Below are positions 1 through 9,914 of a DNA stretch of 64,000 bases, piece after piece. The notes under the pieces were generated by a model, which was given only the letters and a program-made list of their open reading frames with translations, did no database searches and had not been told where the DNA came from. Position 1 is the stretch's first letter. Each line of letters opens with the position of its first letter. The position numbers and the translations under genes are program-made. The DNA is from a virus: the IMG/VR virus record IMGVR_UViG_3300047323_000545, one strand, 5' to 3'.

Positions 1-25
1 GATGGCGGTCAGAGGAGGCGGAGGC

Positions 26-865
26 TCAGGCGGCGAGCCCGGTCTTGACGGTGCAGCGGGTGGCGGGGCACTTGCGGGCCTTGGCGCCGCCGGGGCAGCA
101 GGCGACGGGCGGCGGGGTCCCGGCGTCTACGTGGGCGAGGACGGTGCGGTACTTCGCCTCCAGGCGGGCGATGTACAGGTCGTCGCGGGGGATGGTGAAC
201 TCGCGCATCACCCAGCCCTCGCTCATGGCGAGGAAGAGGATGAGCGCCTTCTGCTTGCCGGTGCAGGCCATGTACTCCTGGGCTTGGCCGTAGTACTTCG
301 GCCACTTGATCTTGAAGGCGTCGAGGTCGTTGTTGTCGATGTGCCTGATCACCGGCGGGGCGCAGGTCTTGAGGTCGAAGATGCCGTCGCCGGGCTCGCA
401 CCAGCCAGGGATGTCGAGCAGGCCGTCCATGTGGCCGCGTCGGCGGAGGCGGTCGTCGCGGACGCCCCACTCGTCGCACTTGCCGTTGCCCTTGCCGTGG
501 GGCTTGCCGCAGCACACGCAGGTGCCCTTCGGGGGGACGAGCAGGCCGAGCTTGATCATGACGGTCTGGACGACCTCGTGCATGACGGTGCCCATGAGGA
601 CGCTCATCCGGGGCCCGTAGTCGAACTCCGGCTCGTCCCACTTGTCCGGCTGGGCGAGGTAGTAGTACAGCTGGCGCTCGTCCATGGTCGGGTGGGTCGA
701 GGGGTGGAACCAGCCGTCCGGCTCGCGCTTGGCGGCGTACGAGCGCAGGCGCACGACGAAGTTGGTGGGGAAGGCGCACTGCTGGATGGCGTTCTCGATG
801 AGCGGGATGAGCACCAGGTCGCTGCCGATGGAGCCGACCCGGCGGAAGGAGGGGGTGAACGTCAC
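26..865 (-). CDS. PD-(D/E)XK exonuclease, Cas4/RecB-like phage nuclease
   Basis: HPS...GTVMHE, GHMDG, DLKT, Q..EY motifs; Cys clusters CVCC..C and CC..C..C. Confidence 0.7.
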   Translation of the reverse strand: MTFTPSFRRVGSIGSDLVLIPLIENAIQQCAFPTNFVVRLRSYAAKREPDGWFHPSTHPTMDERQLYYYLAQPDKWDEPEFDYGPRMSVLMGTVMHEVVQTVMIKLGLLVPPKGTCVCCGKPHGKGNGKCDEWGVRDDRLRRRGHMDGLLDIPGWCEPGDGIFDLKTCAPPVIRHIDNNDLDAFKIKWPKYYGQAQEYMACTGKQKALILFLAMSEGWVMREFTIPRDDLYIARLEAKYRTVLAHVDAGTPPPVACCPGGAKARKCPATRCTVKTGLAA

Positions 866-1272
866 GTGGTCGGCCCTGTCTTCGTCTTCTCCGGGTACAG
901 CTCGACTACCTTGAGGGCTTTCGTCAGCATGGAGGCGGCTTGCAGCACCGTGAGTTCGTCAGTGCCCTTCGGCAGTCGCTCTCGGGCCAGTTCCAGGGCC
1001 AGCTCCTCGCGTGTCTTGGGCTTGGTCTCGGCCTTGTCGCTGCGGATCCAGGAGATCCAGTTCCAGGTGTAGACGCCGAACTTGACGGCGGCGACGGCGA
1101 GGAAGCCCCACTGGAGGGTGGCGAGCGAGTACGCGATCCAGACGGCCTGGGTGAACATCGCCCACAGCCAGCCCTTGGCGTTCTTCTTGCCGACGGCGCG
1201 CAGGGCGACCAGGCCGACCACGTCGAGGCTGGCGAGGATGTAGTTCCAGTCGTCTGCCATGTCAAGGTGCAT
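862..1272 (-). CDS. Small membrane protein (PnuC-like half-transporter pattern)
   Basis: Three hydrophobic segments, GWLW..F.Q..WI.Y pattern; overlaps the next gene by 4 nt. Confidence 0.45.
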   Translation of the reverse strand: MHLDMADDWNYILASLDVVGLVALRAVGKKNAKGWLWAMFTQAVWIAYSLATLQWGFLAVAAVKFGVYTWNWISWIRSDKAETKPKTREELALELARERLPKGTDELTVLQAASMLTKALKVVELYPEKTKTGPTT

Positions 1273-1286
1273 GATGAGGTCTCACT

Positions 1287-1742
1287 TCACTGATCAGCGT
1301 TGATGAGGTTGCGCGCGAGTTCTACGAGGACCGGGATGCAGCGCGGGCCCTGTTCGATGAGCGCCTGCAGGATGGGCTTGGCCTTGTGCCAGTTCTCGGC
1401 GGCGTCGCGCATCTCAGCGAAGTCCAGGAGGTCACAGACGGCCAGGTCGGCGTGGACTTCCAGGGAGGCGTTGTTGTAGAAGCGGAGTGCGAGCATGGGC
1501 AGTTCGCCGCTGGCTTGCTCTCCGGCCTTCTCCCACATGGCGCGGGTGATGCTGATGGACTTGGCCAGGGTGGACTTGCCGTCGACCGCGAAGGCGAAGG
1601 TGCACGTCGTCCGGTCATGCTTGGCGTCCATCTGGTCGCGCCACTGGTTGCCGCTCCCCCGGGTCTGGCGCATGCCCAGCACCTCGGCCAGCCGTTCCTC
1701 GTGCGCGTCGCCCATGCGCTTGTTGAGGCCCTTGTCGGTCAC
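1287..1742 (-). CDS. Holliday junction resolvase-like PD-(D/E)XK nuclease
   Basis: GDAHEERLA...GSG...D...VDGKST pattern; GTG start at 1742 coupled to the upstream stop. Confidence 0.6.
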   Translation of the reverse strand: MTDKGLNKRMGDAHEERLAEVLGMRQTRGSGNQWRDQMDAKHDRTTCTFAFAVDGKSTLAKSISITRAMWEKAGEQASGELPMLALRFYNNASLEVHADLAVCDLLDFAEMRDAAENWHKAKPILQALIEQGPRCIPVLVELARNLINADQ

Positions 1743-1924
1743 GGCTTGACCCCCGCGAACCGACGGCGCAGGCGCCAGGCCGAGAAGCCGTTGACCGGCT
1801 TCCAGCGGTATCCGTCGGCGGTGCGGTAGACGCGCCTCCAGAAGGCTCCGCATCCGGCGCAGCGGGTGATGAGGGTTGCGCAGGGCTCCGGCGGGGGGAG
1901 GTGGTCGCAGGAGTGCCAGGTCAT
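1739..1924 (-). CDS. Small Cys-containing hypothetical protein (61 aa, MTWHSCDH...)
   Basis: 4-nt start/stop overlaps with both neighbours; CxxC motif. Confidence 0.5.
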   Translation of the reverse strand: MTWHSCDHLPPPEPCATLITRCAGCGAFWRRVYRTADGYRWKPVNGFSAWRLRRRFAGVKP

Positions 1925-2334
1925 TCGGCGTGGCCCTTCCGGACGCAGACGAGCTTGGCGGGCTGGGGCCAGTGCCAGACCACGGTCATGTCCGGGATCG
2001 GCTGGTTGTGGCAGGCGCAGCGGATCGGCTCGTCGCTCTCGATGTAGATCATCTTCTCCGGCGGGTTGTCCGGGTCGACGGGCAGCGCTTTGGCCGGGCC
2101 GTACCGGCGGACGAGGTGGCTGGCGGTGATGCCCATGAAGGCGCCCAGGACGATGGCGGTCAGGGCGGCCATGATGCCGAGCTTGTAGTGGATGTCCTGG
2201 GAGATCTGGTTGAGGTCGACCTGCTGGCCGACCACGTACCAGGCGTAGGCGATGACGAGGGCGCACAGGCTCATGACGGCGTAGAAGAACCAGGGCTCTC
2301 CAGCGATGGCCCATGCGCGCTTGAGGCGGTTCAT
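1921..2334 (-). CDS. Membrane protein with two TM helices and a C-terminal Cys/His motif
   Basis: Two hydrophobic stretches; translationally coupled to recA. Confidence 0.6.
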   Translation of the reverse strand: MNRLKRAWAIAGEPWFFYAVMSLCALVIAYAWYVVGQQVDLNQISQDIHYKLGIMAALTAIVLGAFMGITASHLVRRYGPAKALPVDPDNPPEKMIYIESDEPIRCACHNQPIPDMTVVWHWPQPAKLVCVRKGHAE

Positions 2335-3458
2335 GCGGCTTCCTCCAGGATCTCGCCGGTGCTGGGGTCGACTCCGTCGGGGACGTCGTCGTAGGAGACG
2401 GTGTGGTCGGCCTTGACGTCACCGGAGATGGAGACGAGGGCCTTCTCCCGGATCACCTCGACCAGTTCGGGGCGCTCAGCGATGGCGGCCTCGACGCCGG
2501 GGCGTCCGCCCTTGACGGTGCTGCCGTCGGGGAACTCGTACGAGACGGTGGACAGGCGCTTGATGGCGCCGGTGGCGATGCCGAGGGTGATGGCTTCGTC
2601 GGCGCGGTCGATGCCGACGGGGCCGTACTTGTCGGTGGCGACGTTGCGGAACCAGAAGTCGGCCACGCGGCCCTGCGGGGCGAGCTTGTTGCGTTCGACC
2701 CGGGCGCGGATCTGGCGGGCGACTTCCAGCTCGGCTGGGGCCTTGGAGACGGCGTCGGTGATGGACACCTTCTTCGTCGGTTCGCCGGTCCGGCTCATCT
2801 TGATCTTCGTGGTGGTGTTGTACTTCAGGGCGCTCGGTCCGGCGGACTTCTGGCCGCCGCGCGGGTTGCCGATGTCGGCCCGGTACTGGTTCACGAAGAT
2901 CACGGCTGCGTTGTTCGCCCGGCACAGGCCCGCGACGCGCTTGACCATGCGGGAGATGACCTGGGAGTTCTTTCCCATGGCGGAGTCCTCTGCGCGCTTT
3001 TCGAAGGCGGCCTTGGACTCCATGCCGCCGACGGAGTCGACGGCGACGAGGGAGATTTCTCCATCTCGGAGGAACATGCTGATCTGGTCGGAGACGTCCT
3101 CGGAGTGGTCCGGGTAGATGTGGACGAACCGGTCTTCGTCGAGGTCCAGGCCGAGCTTCTCGGCCCACTCGAAGTCGAAGGACTGCTCCATGTCGATGAC
3201 CGCGACGCCCCGGTCGGGGAACATCCGCTGGGCGTCGACCATGGCGAGGATGCACTGGGTCGTCTTGCCCATGCCCTCGGGTCCGACGATCTCGTGAGTG
3301 CGCTTCAGGGCGAACCCGCCGCCGAGGGCGTAGTCGAGGGTGAGGCTGCCGCTGGATATGAAGGTGGGGCGGACCATCGCGTCGCGCCGGGTGACGCGGT
3401 CGCCGTAGACCTTGGTCAGGTCCGCGCGCAGCTTGGCGAGACGGCTCTTGGGAGGCAT
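2331..3458 (-). CDS. recA: RecA-family recombinase
   Basis: SGSLTLDYALG, Walker A GPEGMGKTT, VAVDSV, IFVNQYR, ALKY, RNKLAP; AAGGAG RBS before ATG 3458. Confidence 0.9.
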   Translation of the reverse strand: MPPKSRLAKLRADLTKVYGDRVTRRDAMVRPTFISSGSLTLDYALGGGFALKRTHEIVGPEGMGKTTQCILAMVDAQRMFPDRGVAVIDMEQSFDFEWAEKLGLDLDEDRFVHIYPDHSEDVSDQISMFLRDGEISLVAVDSVGGMESKAAFEKRAEDSAMGKNSQVISRMVKRVAGLCRANNAAVIFVNQYRADIGNPRGGQKSAGPSALKYNTTTKIKMSRTGEPTKKVSITDAVSKAPAELEVARQIRARVERNKLAPQGRVADFWFRNVATDKYGPVGIDRADEAITLGIATGAIKRLSTVSYEFPDGSTVKGGRPGVEAAIAERPELVEVIREKALVSISGDVKADHTVSYDDVPDGVDPSTGEILEEAA

Positions 3459-3533
3459 GGTGCGGGGTCTCCTTGCGGGGAGTAGCTGATGGCGGTCAGC
3501 TGTGGCCAATGGCGGTTGGCTCGATTTCGCAGC

Positions 3534-4172
3534 TTACGCTGCAGGACTGACAGTGGCCTGGTTCTGGCCTTCCAGGATTTGCGCGGCCTGGCCCATCTCC
3601 CACTCAAGGGCCATCTCCAGCAGCGCCAGGCGCCTCAGGACGTACCTCTCGGACTGGTAGTCGCCAGGAGGGGCGGTGCGCGGGTCGCCGTACACGCGGC
3701 CCTCTTCGATGCGCAGGATGCTCTTGCTGGTGGACTGGATGCCGTAGCCCAGGGCTCCCCGGCTCATGCCGAAGGACATGCGGGATGCCTGGATGGCCTT
3801 GCCGAGACGGCGCCAGGCGGCCTGCGGGTAGGTGGAGCGGTCGAGGTTGGTGAGCGTCTCGTCCCGGAAGTGGGGGACGGAGGGGGGCGCGGTCGGGAAC
3901 ATGGCGGCCGTCAGAGCCTTGTCGACGTGGGCGCGGGCGGTGCCCTCCTCCCAGCCGAGGGCCTCATCGAGGCGAGAGAGGCTGAGTCGGCCGAGGCCCT
4001 CGGCGACGTCCGGCGGGATGAAGCCGCTCTCCAGGGCTGCGTACTGACGGACGGTGAGGCCGGTGTGCTGAGCGACGGAGGCCTGGGAGATCTGCAGGCC
4101 GTTGCGGGTCGCCTTGGCTGCGACACCGAGGGGGGACCAGTACGGGTGGCTGATGGAGGAGATGATCGACAT
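3534..4172 (-). CDS. Tandem XRE-type HTH protein
   Basis: Two repeats of W..LG.A....R....S...LA....G.T......LE.G...L..LE.AL.W..G. Confidence 0.6.
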   Translation of the reverse strand: MSIISSISHPYWSPLGVAAKATRNGLQISQASVAQHTGLTVRQYAALESGFIPPDVAEGLGRLSLSRLDEALGWEEGTARAHVDKALTAAMFPTAPPSVPHFRDETLTNLDRSTYPQAAWRRLGKAIQASRMSFGMSRGALGYGIQSTSKSILRIEEGRVYGDPRTAPPGDYQSERYVLRRLALLEMALEWEMGQAAQILEGQNQATVSPAA

Positions 4173-4183
4173 GGCGGTGCCTC

Positions 4184-7100
4184 TCACAGGGGCTGGTAGG
4201 TGACGAGGGACAGGCCCCGGTCGTTCTTGCGGAGTTCGGCCAGGCAGAGGGCGCCCTTGGTGAAGCGACGCTGCTCGACGGCCCAGGCGTCGCGGAACAC
4301 GGCGACGCGGAGGGTGGACAGTTCGGTCTCCAGGGTCAAAAAGCCCATGTCGCCCGTCCTGTGCGGGCGGGCCCCGGCGACGATCGCGGCGACGTAGTAG
4401 GTGCCGTTGGGTCCTGCGGCCAGCTGCTCGGCCTGGGCACGGCAGACCGCGCGGTCGTTGGGGTCCAGGTCGTCGAACGGCGTACTGGAGAGGTAGGTGC
4501 CGAGCATCTCGTGCTCGATAGTCCGGATGTCCACGGGGCTGTAGGGCTCGACCGCCTCGATCTGCAGCGGCGGCGGCGCGGTGTACTGGCGGCACGCCTT
4601 GGTGCAGCGCTTGGGCAGCGGCTTGCGCTTGAGGGTCTTGCCGGTGCGCGGGTTGACCGGGGCGGGCTCGCTGGCCCAGTTGAAACTACAGGGCAGGGCC
4701 GTCGACTCGAACAGCTCGATCTTGTGGACGCAGCGGGCGTCCTCTTTGGTCTTGGCAGCCAACAGCTTGGCCTCCAGTCCGCGCCGGTTGCTGACGAGCG
4801 TGTCGAAGGCGCCGATGCGCGCGAGAAGGGCGACGACGCCCGCGTTGGCCTTGGGGCTCTTGCGGGTCTCGAAGTCCTCCCAGGAGGCGTACGGCTGGGT
4901 CTCGACGAGGGCCTTGACGGCGACGTCGCCGACGCCCTTGACGGAGCCGAGGCCGTAGCGGACGGCGTACTGCTCGGGGTCGGCGGTGAAGCCGGGGCCG
5001 GAGGTGTTGATGTCCGGGGGGAGTACCTCGACGTCCAGGCGCCGGGCCTCCTTGACGAACTCGGGGACGCGGTCCTTGTCGACGGTGGACATGGCGGAGA
5101 CGAGGAACTCGCGGGGGTAGTTGACCTTGAGGAACGCGGTCCAGAACGCGAGGAACGCGTAGGCGTAGGCGTGGCTCTTGTTGAAGCCGTACTTGGAGAA
5201 CTCGGCCATCTGGGACCACAGGCGCTCGGCCTGCTCGCGGGGTATGTCGACGCGGGAGAGGAACTCCTGCCCGGCGTCAGCGATGGCGGAGATCTTCTTC
5301 TTGCCCAGGATCCGGCGGACGCCGTCGGCCTCGGACTCGTCGTACCCGGCGAGGAGCTGTGTGACGGCCATGACCTGCTCCTGGTAGATCATCGCGCCGT
5401 AGGTGGGGGCGAGGACCTTCTCCAGGCGGGGGTCGGGGTAGGTGACGGCCTGTTCGCCCGCGCGGCGGCGCAGGTAGAGGTCGGTCAGGCCGGAGTTCAT
5501 CGGGCCGGGCCGGACGATCGTCACCATGTCGGCCAGCTCGGCGACGTTGCGGGGGCGCATGCGCTCGCACAGGCGGGTTCCGGAGTGGGTCTCGATCTGG
5601 AAGACACCGACGGTGTGGGCGGCCTGCAGCTCCTCCCAGACCAGGGGGTCCTCGAACTCGACCTCCCACGCCTCCAGGTCGATCTCGTACCGGCGCTGCT
5701 CGCGGACCAGGTCGAGGGTCTCCTGGATGGTGTCCAGGGTGCGCAGGGTGAGGATGTCGAACTTGACCAGGCCGATCGCCTCGACGTCACCCATGGCCCA
5801 CTGGGTGACCATCTGCTCTTCGCCGTCGATGGTGCGCATCGGCAGCCAGTCGGTGAGCGGGGCGCCGGTGGAGATAACCACCCCGGCCGCGTGGCGGCCG
5901 TAGGACTTCAGGCGGCCGACCAGACGCTCGGCCATGGCGAACAGCTCGGGGTAGCGGTCGGCGAACGGCTGCAGCTGCTCGCCGTGCTGGACCCAGAGGT
6001 CCTCCCAGGACATGCCGAGCCCGGCGGTGCCCGCTTCGGCCTCGTCGATCAGGGCGGAGACCTGGCGCAGGTCGGCCGCCGCGCCCTCGGGGAGGGAGGA
6101 CGCCAGCGCGCGGACCAGCTCGTTGATGACGGCCTTGTTCTTCAGGCGCAGCTCGGAGCCGATGGAGACGACGTTGCGCTCGCCCCAGCGCTCGCGGAGG
6201 TAGCCGAGGATATGGGCCTTCTTGCTGGCGGGGAAGTCGACGTCGAAGTCGGGCAGGCCCGCACGGCCGCGCGTCAGGAAGCGCTCGAAGAGGAGGTCAT
6301 GCTTGACCGGGTCCAGCGAGGTGATGCGGGCGAGGTAGGCGACGAGGGAGCCGCCGCCGGAGCCGCGTCCGGGGCCGACCAGAATGCCGTGGTCCTTCGC
6401 CCAGCCAACATAGTCCGCGACCATCAGGTAATAGCCACAGAACCCTTTGTCGACAAGTAGCTCCATCTCCCTCGCGTACCGGTCTCGGTAGACCCGCTCG
6501 GTGTCGGAGAAGTCCTGGGCGTTGGCGGGCAGTCGGTTCCAGTTGTCCAGGCACAGCTCGCGCAGGCGCCGCTCGTCCTCGGCCGGGTCACCAGTGAAGG
6601 ACGGCGTGGTCGTCTCGCCCTCGATCCGGGCGTCGCAGCGCTCGGCCAGCGCCCGGGTGTTTGCGATGGCCTCCTCAACGACGTCCTGGCCGAGGTAGGC
6701 GAGCCCGGCGCGGACCTCGGCTTCGCCCATGACGTAGAGGTTCAGGTCCTCGGCGAAGAGGTCGCCTTCGTCCTGGACGTCCTTGTTGGTCTGGCAGGCG
6801 ATCCAGACGTCGTGGGCGTGGGCGTCGTCGGCGGTCGGGAAGTGGGAGTCGACGGTGGCCAGCAGCGGCAGGTTGAACTCGCGGGCCAGGGCGACCAGGG
6901 CCGTGTTGAGCTTGACCTGGTCGGGCATGTCGTTGGGCTGCAGCTCGACGTACAGGCGGCCGGGGAACAGGTCCATGAGCCGGGTCAGGCGCTGGAGGGC
7001 CAGGTCGGCGTCGCCGTTCTTGATGGCGACGGCCACCGGGCCGCGCAGGCAGCCGGTGGAGGCGATGACGCCCTCGCTGAACCGGCCGAGGGTGTCCCAG

Positions 7101-7861
7101 TCCATGCGGGGCCGGTAGTAGAGGCCGTCGCGGAAGGACTCGGTGCTGGCTGCCCAGATGTTGCGCAGGCCGGTGTTGTCCATGGCGAACAGGCAGACGT
7201 GCCAGTAGTCGTTGCGAAGGCTGGCCTGCATCTCCTTGTCACCCGGCTCGGCGCGGATGACGCGGTCGTCGCACAGGTACGCCTCGATGCCGAAGATCGG
7301 CTTGACCCCGGCCTTGTCGGCGGCACGCTGCAGCTCGGGGTGTCCGGCGCAGGTGCCGTGGTCGGTGATGGCGACGGCGCTCTGGCCGTGGCGGGTGACC
7401 TCACGGAGGATTTCGTCCATGCGGGACAGGCCGTCGAGGGGGCTGTACTCGCTGTGGGTGTGCAGGTGCACGAACCCGCCGGGGCGAGTGCCGGGTGGGC
7501 TGTCGAGGGCTTCGAGCTGGTCGAGGACCTCGTGGTAGGTGGGGATGCCGTCCTCGTCGTCGAAGATCGCGGAGCGGCTGTAGGCGAGGCACAGCCTGTC
7601 GCTGCCGAGGTCTTGTTCCTCGACTCGGTGTGCCGGGACGGCAGTGACACCGTCCTCCAGCGCCTCCATGACTCCGGCCGCGCCGTCGTTCAGTGCGCGG
7701 CGCCATGTCAGGTGGGTGACGATGACGGGCGCGGCAGCGGGGACGAGCAGCCAGCGGGTGCCGTCTTCCTCGTGCTCGACGAGTGCGGGAAGCTGGGCGC
7801 GAAGTTCGCCAACCTGCACATAAGGGGCGTCAGGTGCGTAGGAGCTGATGAGGCGCAGCAC
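4184..7861 (-). CDS. dnaE: DNA polymerase III alpha subunit with ~130-aa N-terminal extension
   Basis: PHP motifs HLHTHSEYS, TDHG, DSH; GPGRGSGGGSLVAY; PDFDVDF; KFDIL; YGFNKSHAYAY; C-terminal OB fold; AAGGA RBS before GTG 7861. Confidence 0.95.
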   Translation of the reverse strand: MLRLISSYAPDAPYVQVGELRAQLPALVEHEEDGTRWLLVPAAAPVIVTHLTWRRALNDGAAGVMEALEDGVTAVPAHRVEEQDLGSDRLCLAYSRSAIFDDEDGIPTYHEVLDQLEALDSPPGTRPGGFVHLHTHSEYSPLDGLSRMDEILREVTRHGQSAVAITDHGTCAGHPELQRAADKAGVKPIFGIEAYLCDDRVIRAEPGDKEMQASLRNDYWHVCLFAMDNTGLRNIWAASTESFRDGLYYRPRMDWDTLGRFSEGVIASTGCLRGPVAVAIKNGDADLALQRLTRLMDLFPGRLYVELQPNDMPDQVKLNTALVALAREFNLPLLATVDSHFPTADDAHAHDVWIACQTNKDVQDEGDLFAEDLNLYVMGEAEVRAGLAYLGQDVVEEAIANTRALAERCDARIEGETTTPSFTGDPAEDERRLRELCLDNWNRLPANAQDFSDTERVYRDRYAREMELLVDKGFCGYYLMVADYVGWAKDHGILVGPGRGSGGGSLVAYLARITSLDPVKHDLLFERFLTRGRAGLPDFDVDFPASKKAHILGYLRERWGERNVVSIGSELRLKNKAVINELVRALASSLPEGAAADLRQVSALIDEAEAGTAGLGMSWEDLWVQHGEQLQPFADRYPELFAMAERLVGRLKSYGRHAAGVVISTGAPLTDWLPMRTIDGEEQMVTQWAMGDVEAIGLVKFDILTLRTLDTIQETLDLVREQRRYEIDLEAWEVEFEDPLVWEELQAAHTVGVFQIETHSGTRLCERMRPRNVAELADMVTIVRPGPMNSGLTDLYLRRRAGEQAVTYPDPRLEKVLAPTYGAMIYQEQVMAVTQLLAGYDESEADGVRRILGKKKISAIADAGQEFLSRVDIPREQAERLWSQMAEFSKYGFNKSHAYAYAFLAFWTAFLKVNYPREFLVSAMSTVDKDRVPEFVKEARRLDVEVLPPDINTSGPGFTADPEQYAVRYGLGSVKGVGDVAVKALVETQPYASWEDFETRKSPKANAGVVALLARIGAFDTLVSNRRGLEAKLLAAKTKEDARCVHKIELFESTALPCSFNWASEPAPVNPRTGKTLKRKPLPKRCTKACRQYTAPPPLQIEAVEPYSPVDIRTIEHEMLGTYLSSTPFDDLDPNDRAVCRAQAEQLAAGPNGTYYVAAIVAGARPHRTGDMGFLTLETELSTLRVAVFRDAWAVEQRRFTKGALCLAELRKNDRGLSLVTYQPL

Positions 7862-7989
7862 GGTGGTGGTCCTTGCGCGTGGAGGGTGGTGAAGGTTGAC
7901 CGGGCCGCCCCGGGGAAGAACGCAGCGCTGAAACGCTGAGCGCCGTATCTGACGGCACCGGGGCGGACCGGTGTCTGTGTGCGCCTGGA

Positions 7990-8979
7990 TCAGGCGGCGG
8001 GAGTCTGCGGTACGCCGAGGTTCGCGATGCGGCTGCGCAGGTCGCCGGAGATGTCCGCCGGACCGCTGTCGGCGGCCGAGAGGTTCACCATGCCGCCGGT
8101 GGCCGCCGTGGCGGCGACGATGGTGCCGTCCTTCTCGACCGTCTTGGTCGGGTCGAAAAAGCGGGCGTAGTACTCGTCGGAGGCCTTGTCGGCGACGATG
8201 CCTTCCAGGCTGACCTCGCGCTCGGCGACGGCCTGGAGGTACTTCTCCCAGATGGGGGTGCCCGGCTTGATGAGGTTCTGGCCGGTCGCCGGGTCCGTGA
8301 TCGGGTCGATCGGGACGATCTTGTACTCGGTGTCGGTGCCGGTGCCGCTGCGGGTGACGCTGAAGTCCCGGTCGACGACCGTCCCGTACAGGCCGTGGAG
8401 GGCCTTGAAGTGGGCGAAGAAGCCCTTCATGGGCTGGTTGATCACCAGGATGCGGGGGTACTTCAGCTTGTTGCCGGTGGGCTTGCCGTCGGAGCCCAGC
8501 TCGTCGACCTCGTCGATCTTGTCGCGGATGCCGACGACGACACCCTGCTTGGCCGGGCCTCCGAGGGCCTCGCTGCCGTCGCCACGCACGATCTCCCGCT
8601 CGATGGCGAGGGCCCACACACGGGGGCGAGCGGTGGCGGGCTTGCCGAAGGAGTTCTTCAGCTTGCCGTCGTCGATGTAGCAGTCCTGGTAGTGGCCGCC
8701 GAACGCCTTGTCGTAGCGGCACACCGAGGTCATGTTCTTGGGCCACTTCTCGGCATCCTTGGGGCCCGGCTTGGTGGGCACAAACGAATGCTGGTTGACC
8801 CAGATCCAGTCGTCGTGGTCCGTGAGGAGGCGGACGACTGCGGAGTCGCCGTCGTCCTTGAGGCCGAAGTAGTCGGGGCCGCGACGGCCGCTGGAGGAGA
8901 CGCTTGCCTCCTTCTCGGCCTGCTCGGCGGCGGTGCCGCCTCGGCGGAAGTTGATGACGGGGCTCGTGTTGGCGGTCAC
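7990..8979 (-). CDS. Probable phage single-stranded DNA-binding protein (gp32-like)
   Basis: Position next to dnaE; LKDDGDSAVVRLL and DFSVTRSGTGTDTEYKI patterns; AGGAG RBS before GTG 8979. Confidence 0.55.
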   Translation of the reverse strand: MTANTSPVINFRRGGTAAEQAEKEASVSSSGRRGPDYFGLKDDGDSAVVRLLTDHDDWIWVNQHSFVPTKPGPKDAEKWPKNMTSVCRYDKAFGGHYQDCYIDDGKLKNSFGKPATARPRVWALAIEREIVRGDGSEALGGPAKQGVVVGIRDKIDEVDELGSDGKPTGNKLKYPRILVINQPMKGFFAHFKALHGLYGTVVDRDFSVTRSGTGTDTEYKIVPIDPITDPATGQNLIKPGTPIWEKYLQAVAEREVSLEGIVADKASDEYYARFFDPTKTVEKDGTIVAATAATGGMVNLSAADSGPADISGDLRSRIANLGVPQTPAA

Positions 8980-9017
8980 GAAGGCTCCTGATGATCTTTG
9001 ATGGCAGGTGAAGCCAG

Positions 9018-9767
9018 TTATGCGACGACGGCAGTGGCAGCTGCCGTAATCAACTCCCCGGTCACCGTGGCCTCTTCGTGGAGAAAGACGACGGGAATTC
9101 CGATGTCTCGCACCACGAGGAACGGCAGGTCGTTGGCGGCGTGGAACCCCACCGCGAAGTGGGGGCATCCACGGCCCGTCAGGGCCTGCGCGAGCCCTTC
9201 CCGCCACTGGGCCAGCCTGTCGACGTCGTCGCAGGTAGAGGCCAGAAGCAGGTAGGAGTACGGCCATGCGGCCGGGGGGTCGGATCGGGGATGGCGGTCC
9301 CTGTCTCCGTCATCATCAAAGCCTTCGGTGGAACCCGAAGCAAGAAATTGAAGGACCGGATTTCCGGTCTCCTCAGCCAGAGTTTCAATAATGTCTCTGG
9401 CGGTTCTTCCGGTGCCGAATTCGGCGTTCTCCTGGGCGGCTTGGGCGGCTGCCTTGCGGAGGATGGCCTGCACGGCCGCGCGGTCCACGAAGGTGGTGCC
9501 GGGCTGCTTGCGGTCGTAGGCGGCCCGGCGCTCGCGGTTGATGAGCACCTTGAAGATCTCGGTCAGCTCGGCGTTGTTGGGGCCGCCGAGGGCCTGGTAC
9601 GCCTCGCGGATCTCCCGCTTGGTCGCCGTCGTCGGCACACCGAGCCGGGCGTAGTAGCCGTTGACGTCGTGGACGACCGGCGCCGGGCGGGGCGCGGTGG
9701 GTACCAGGCTGCTGCCGGTGGAGATGATGATGTGCTCGGGACGGCCGTTGATGCGCAGTCCCGTCAT
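9018..9767 (-). CDS. DnaJ-like (J-domain) protein lacking the HPD motif
   Basis: GYYARLGV..TATKREIREAY...LTEIFKVL...RRAAYD; GGP where HPD is expected. Confidence 0.6.
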   Translation of the reverse strand: MTGLRINGRPEHIIISTGSSLVPTAPRPAPVVHDVNGYYARLGVPTTATKREIREAYQALGGPNNAELTEIFKVLINRERRAAYDRKQPGTTFVDRAAVQAILRKAAAQAAQENAEFGTGRTARDIIETLAEETGNPVLQFLASGSTEGFDDDGDRDRHPRSDPPAAWPYSYLLLASTCDDVDRLAQWREGLAQALTGRGCPHFAVGFHAANDLPFLVVRDIGIPVVFLHEEATVTGELITAAATAVVA

Positions 9768-9770
9768 CGC

Positions 9771-9914
9771 CTACTCCCCCTCGTTGTCCTCGCCCGTCTC
9801 CTGGACGAGCGCTTCCCACTCTGCCGGGGTCAGCGCGCGTGCGATCTTGGACGTCAGCGCGTCCTCGACCTGGTCTCCGACGGCGGTGATCTGGCCGGTG
9901 CCGAACTTGAGCAT
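9771..9914 (-). CDS. 47-aa acidic hypothetical protein (MLKFGTGQITAVGDQVEDAL...), not in the ORF track
   Basis: AGGAGG RBS, high GC3, preceded by the late-promoter-like motif. Confidence 0.55.
   Translation of the reverse strand: MLKFGTGQITAVGDQVEDALTSKIARALTPAEWEALVQETGEDNEGE

Noticed and set aside
26-865. Cas4 as part of a CRISPR-Cas system
   Set aside because: No cas1/cas2 or repeat-spacer array is visible; Cas4-like nucleases are common in phage recombination modules.
862-1272. NAD-salvage cassette
   Set aside because: Only a weak PnuC-like pattern, with no NadR/NadM-type neighbour in the window.
6380-6480. AT-richer patch inside dnaE as an internal promoter
   Set aside because: No convincing -35/-10 pair on either strand, and it cannot be distinguished from local codon noise.
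4184-7861. Intein in DnaE (also checked RecA and DnaB)
   Set aside because: No C...HN splice motifs or LAGLIDADG blocks, and the conserved motifs are contiguous.
7862-8746. 1520-aa DnaE as given in the ORF track
   Set aside because: The extra 5' part overlaps the SSB-like gene in another frame and reads as Arg/Pro-rich shadow sequence; an RBS supports GTG 7861.
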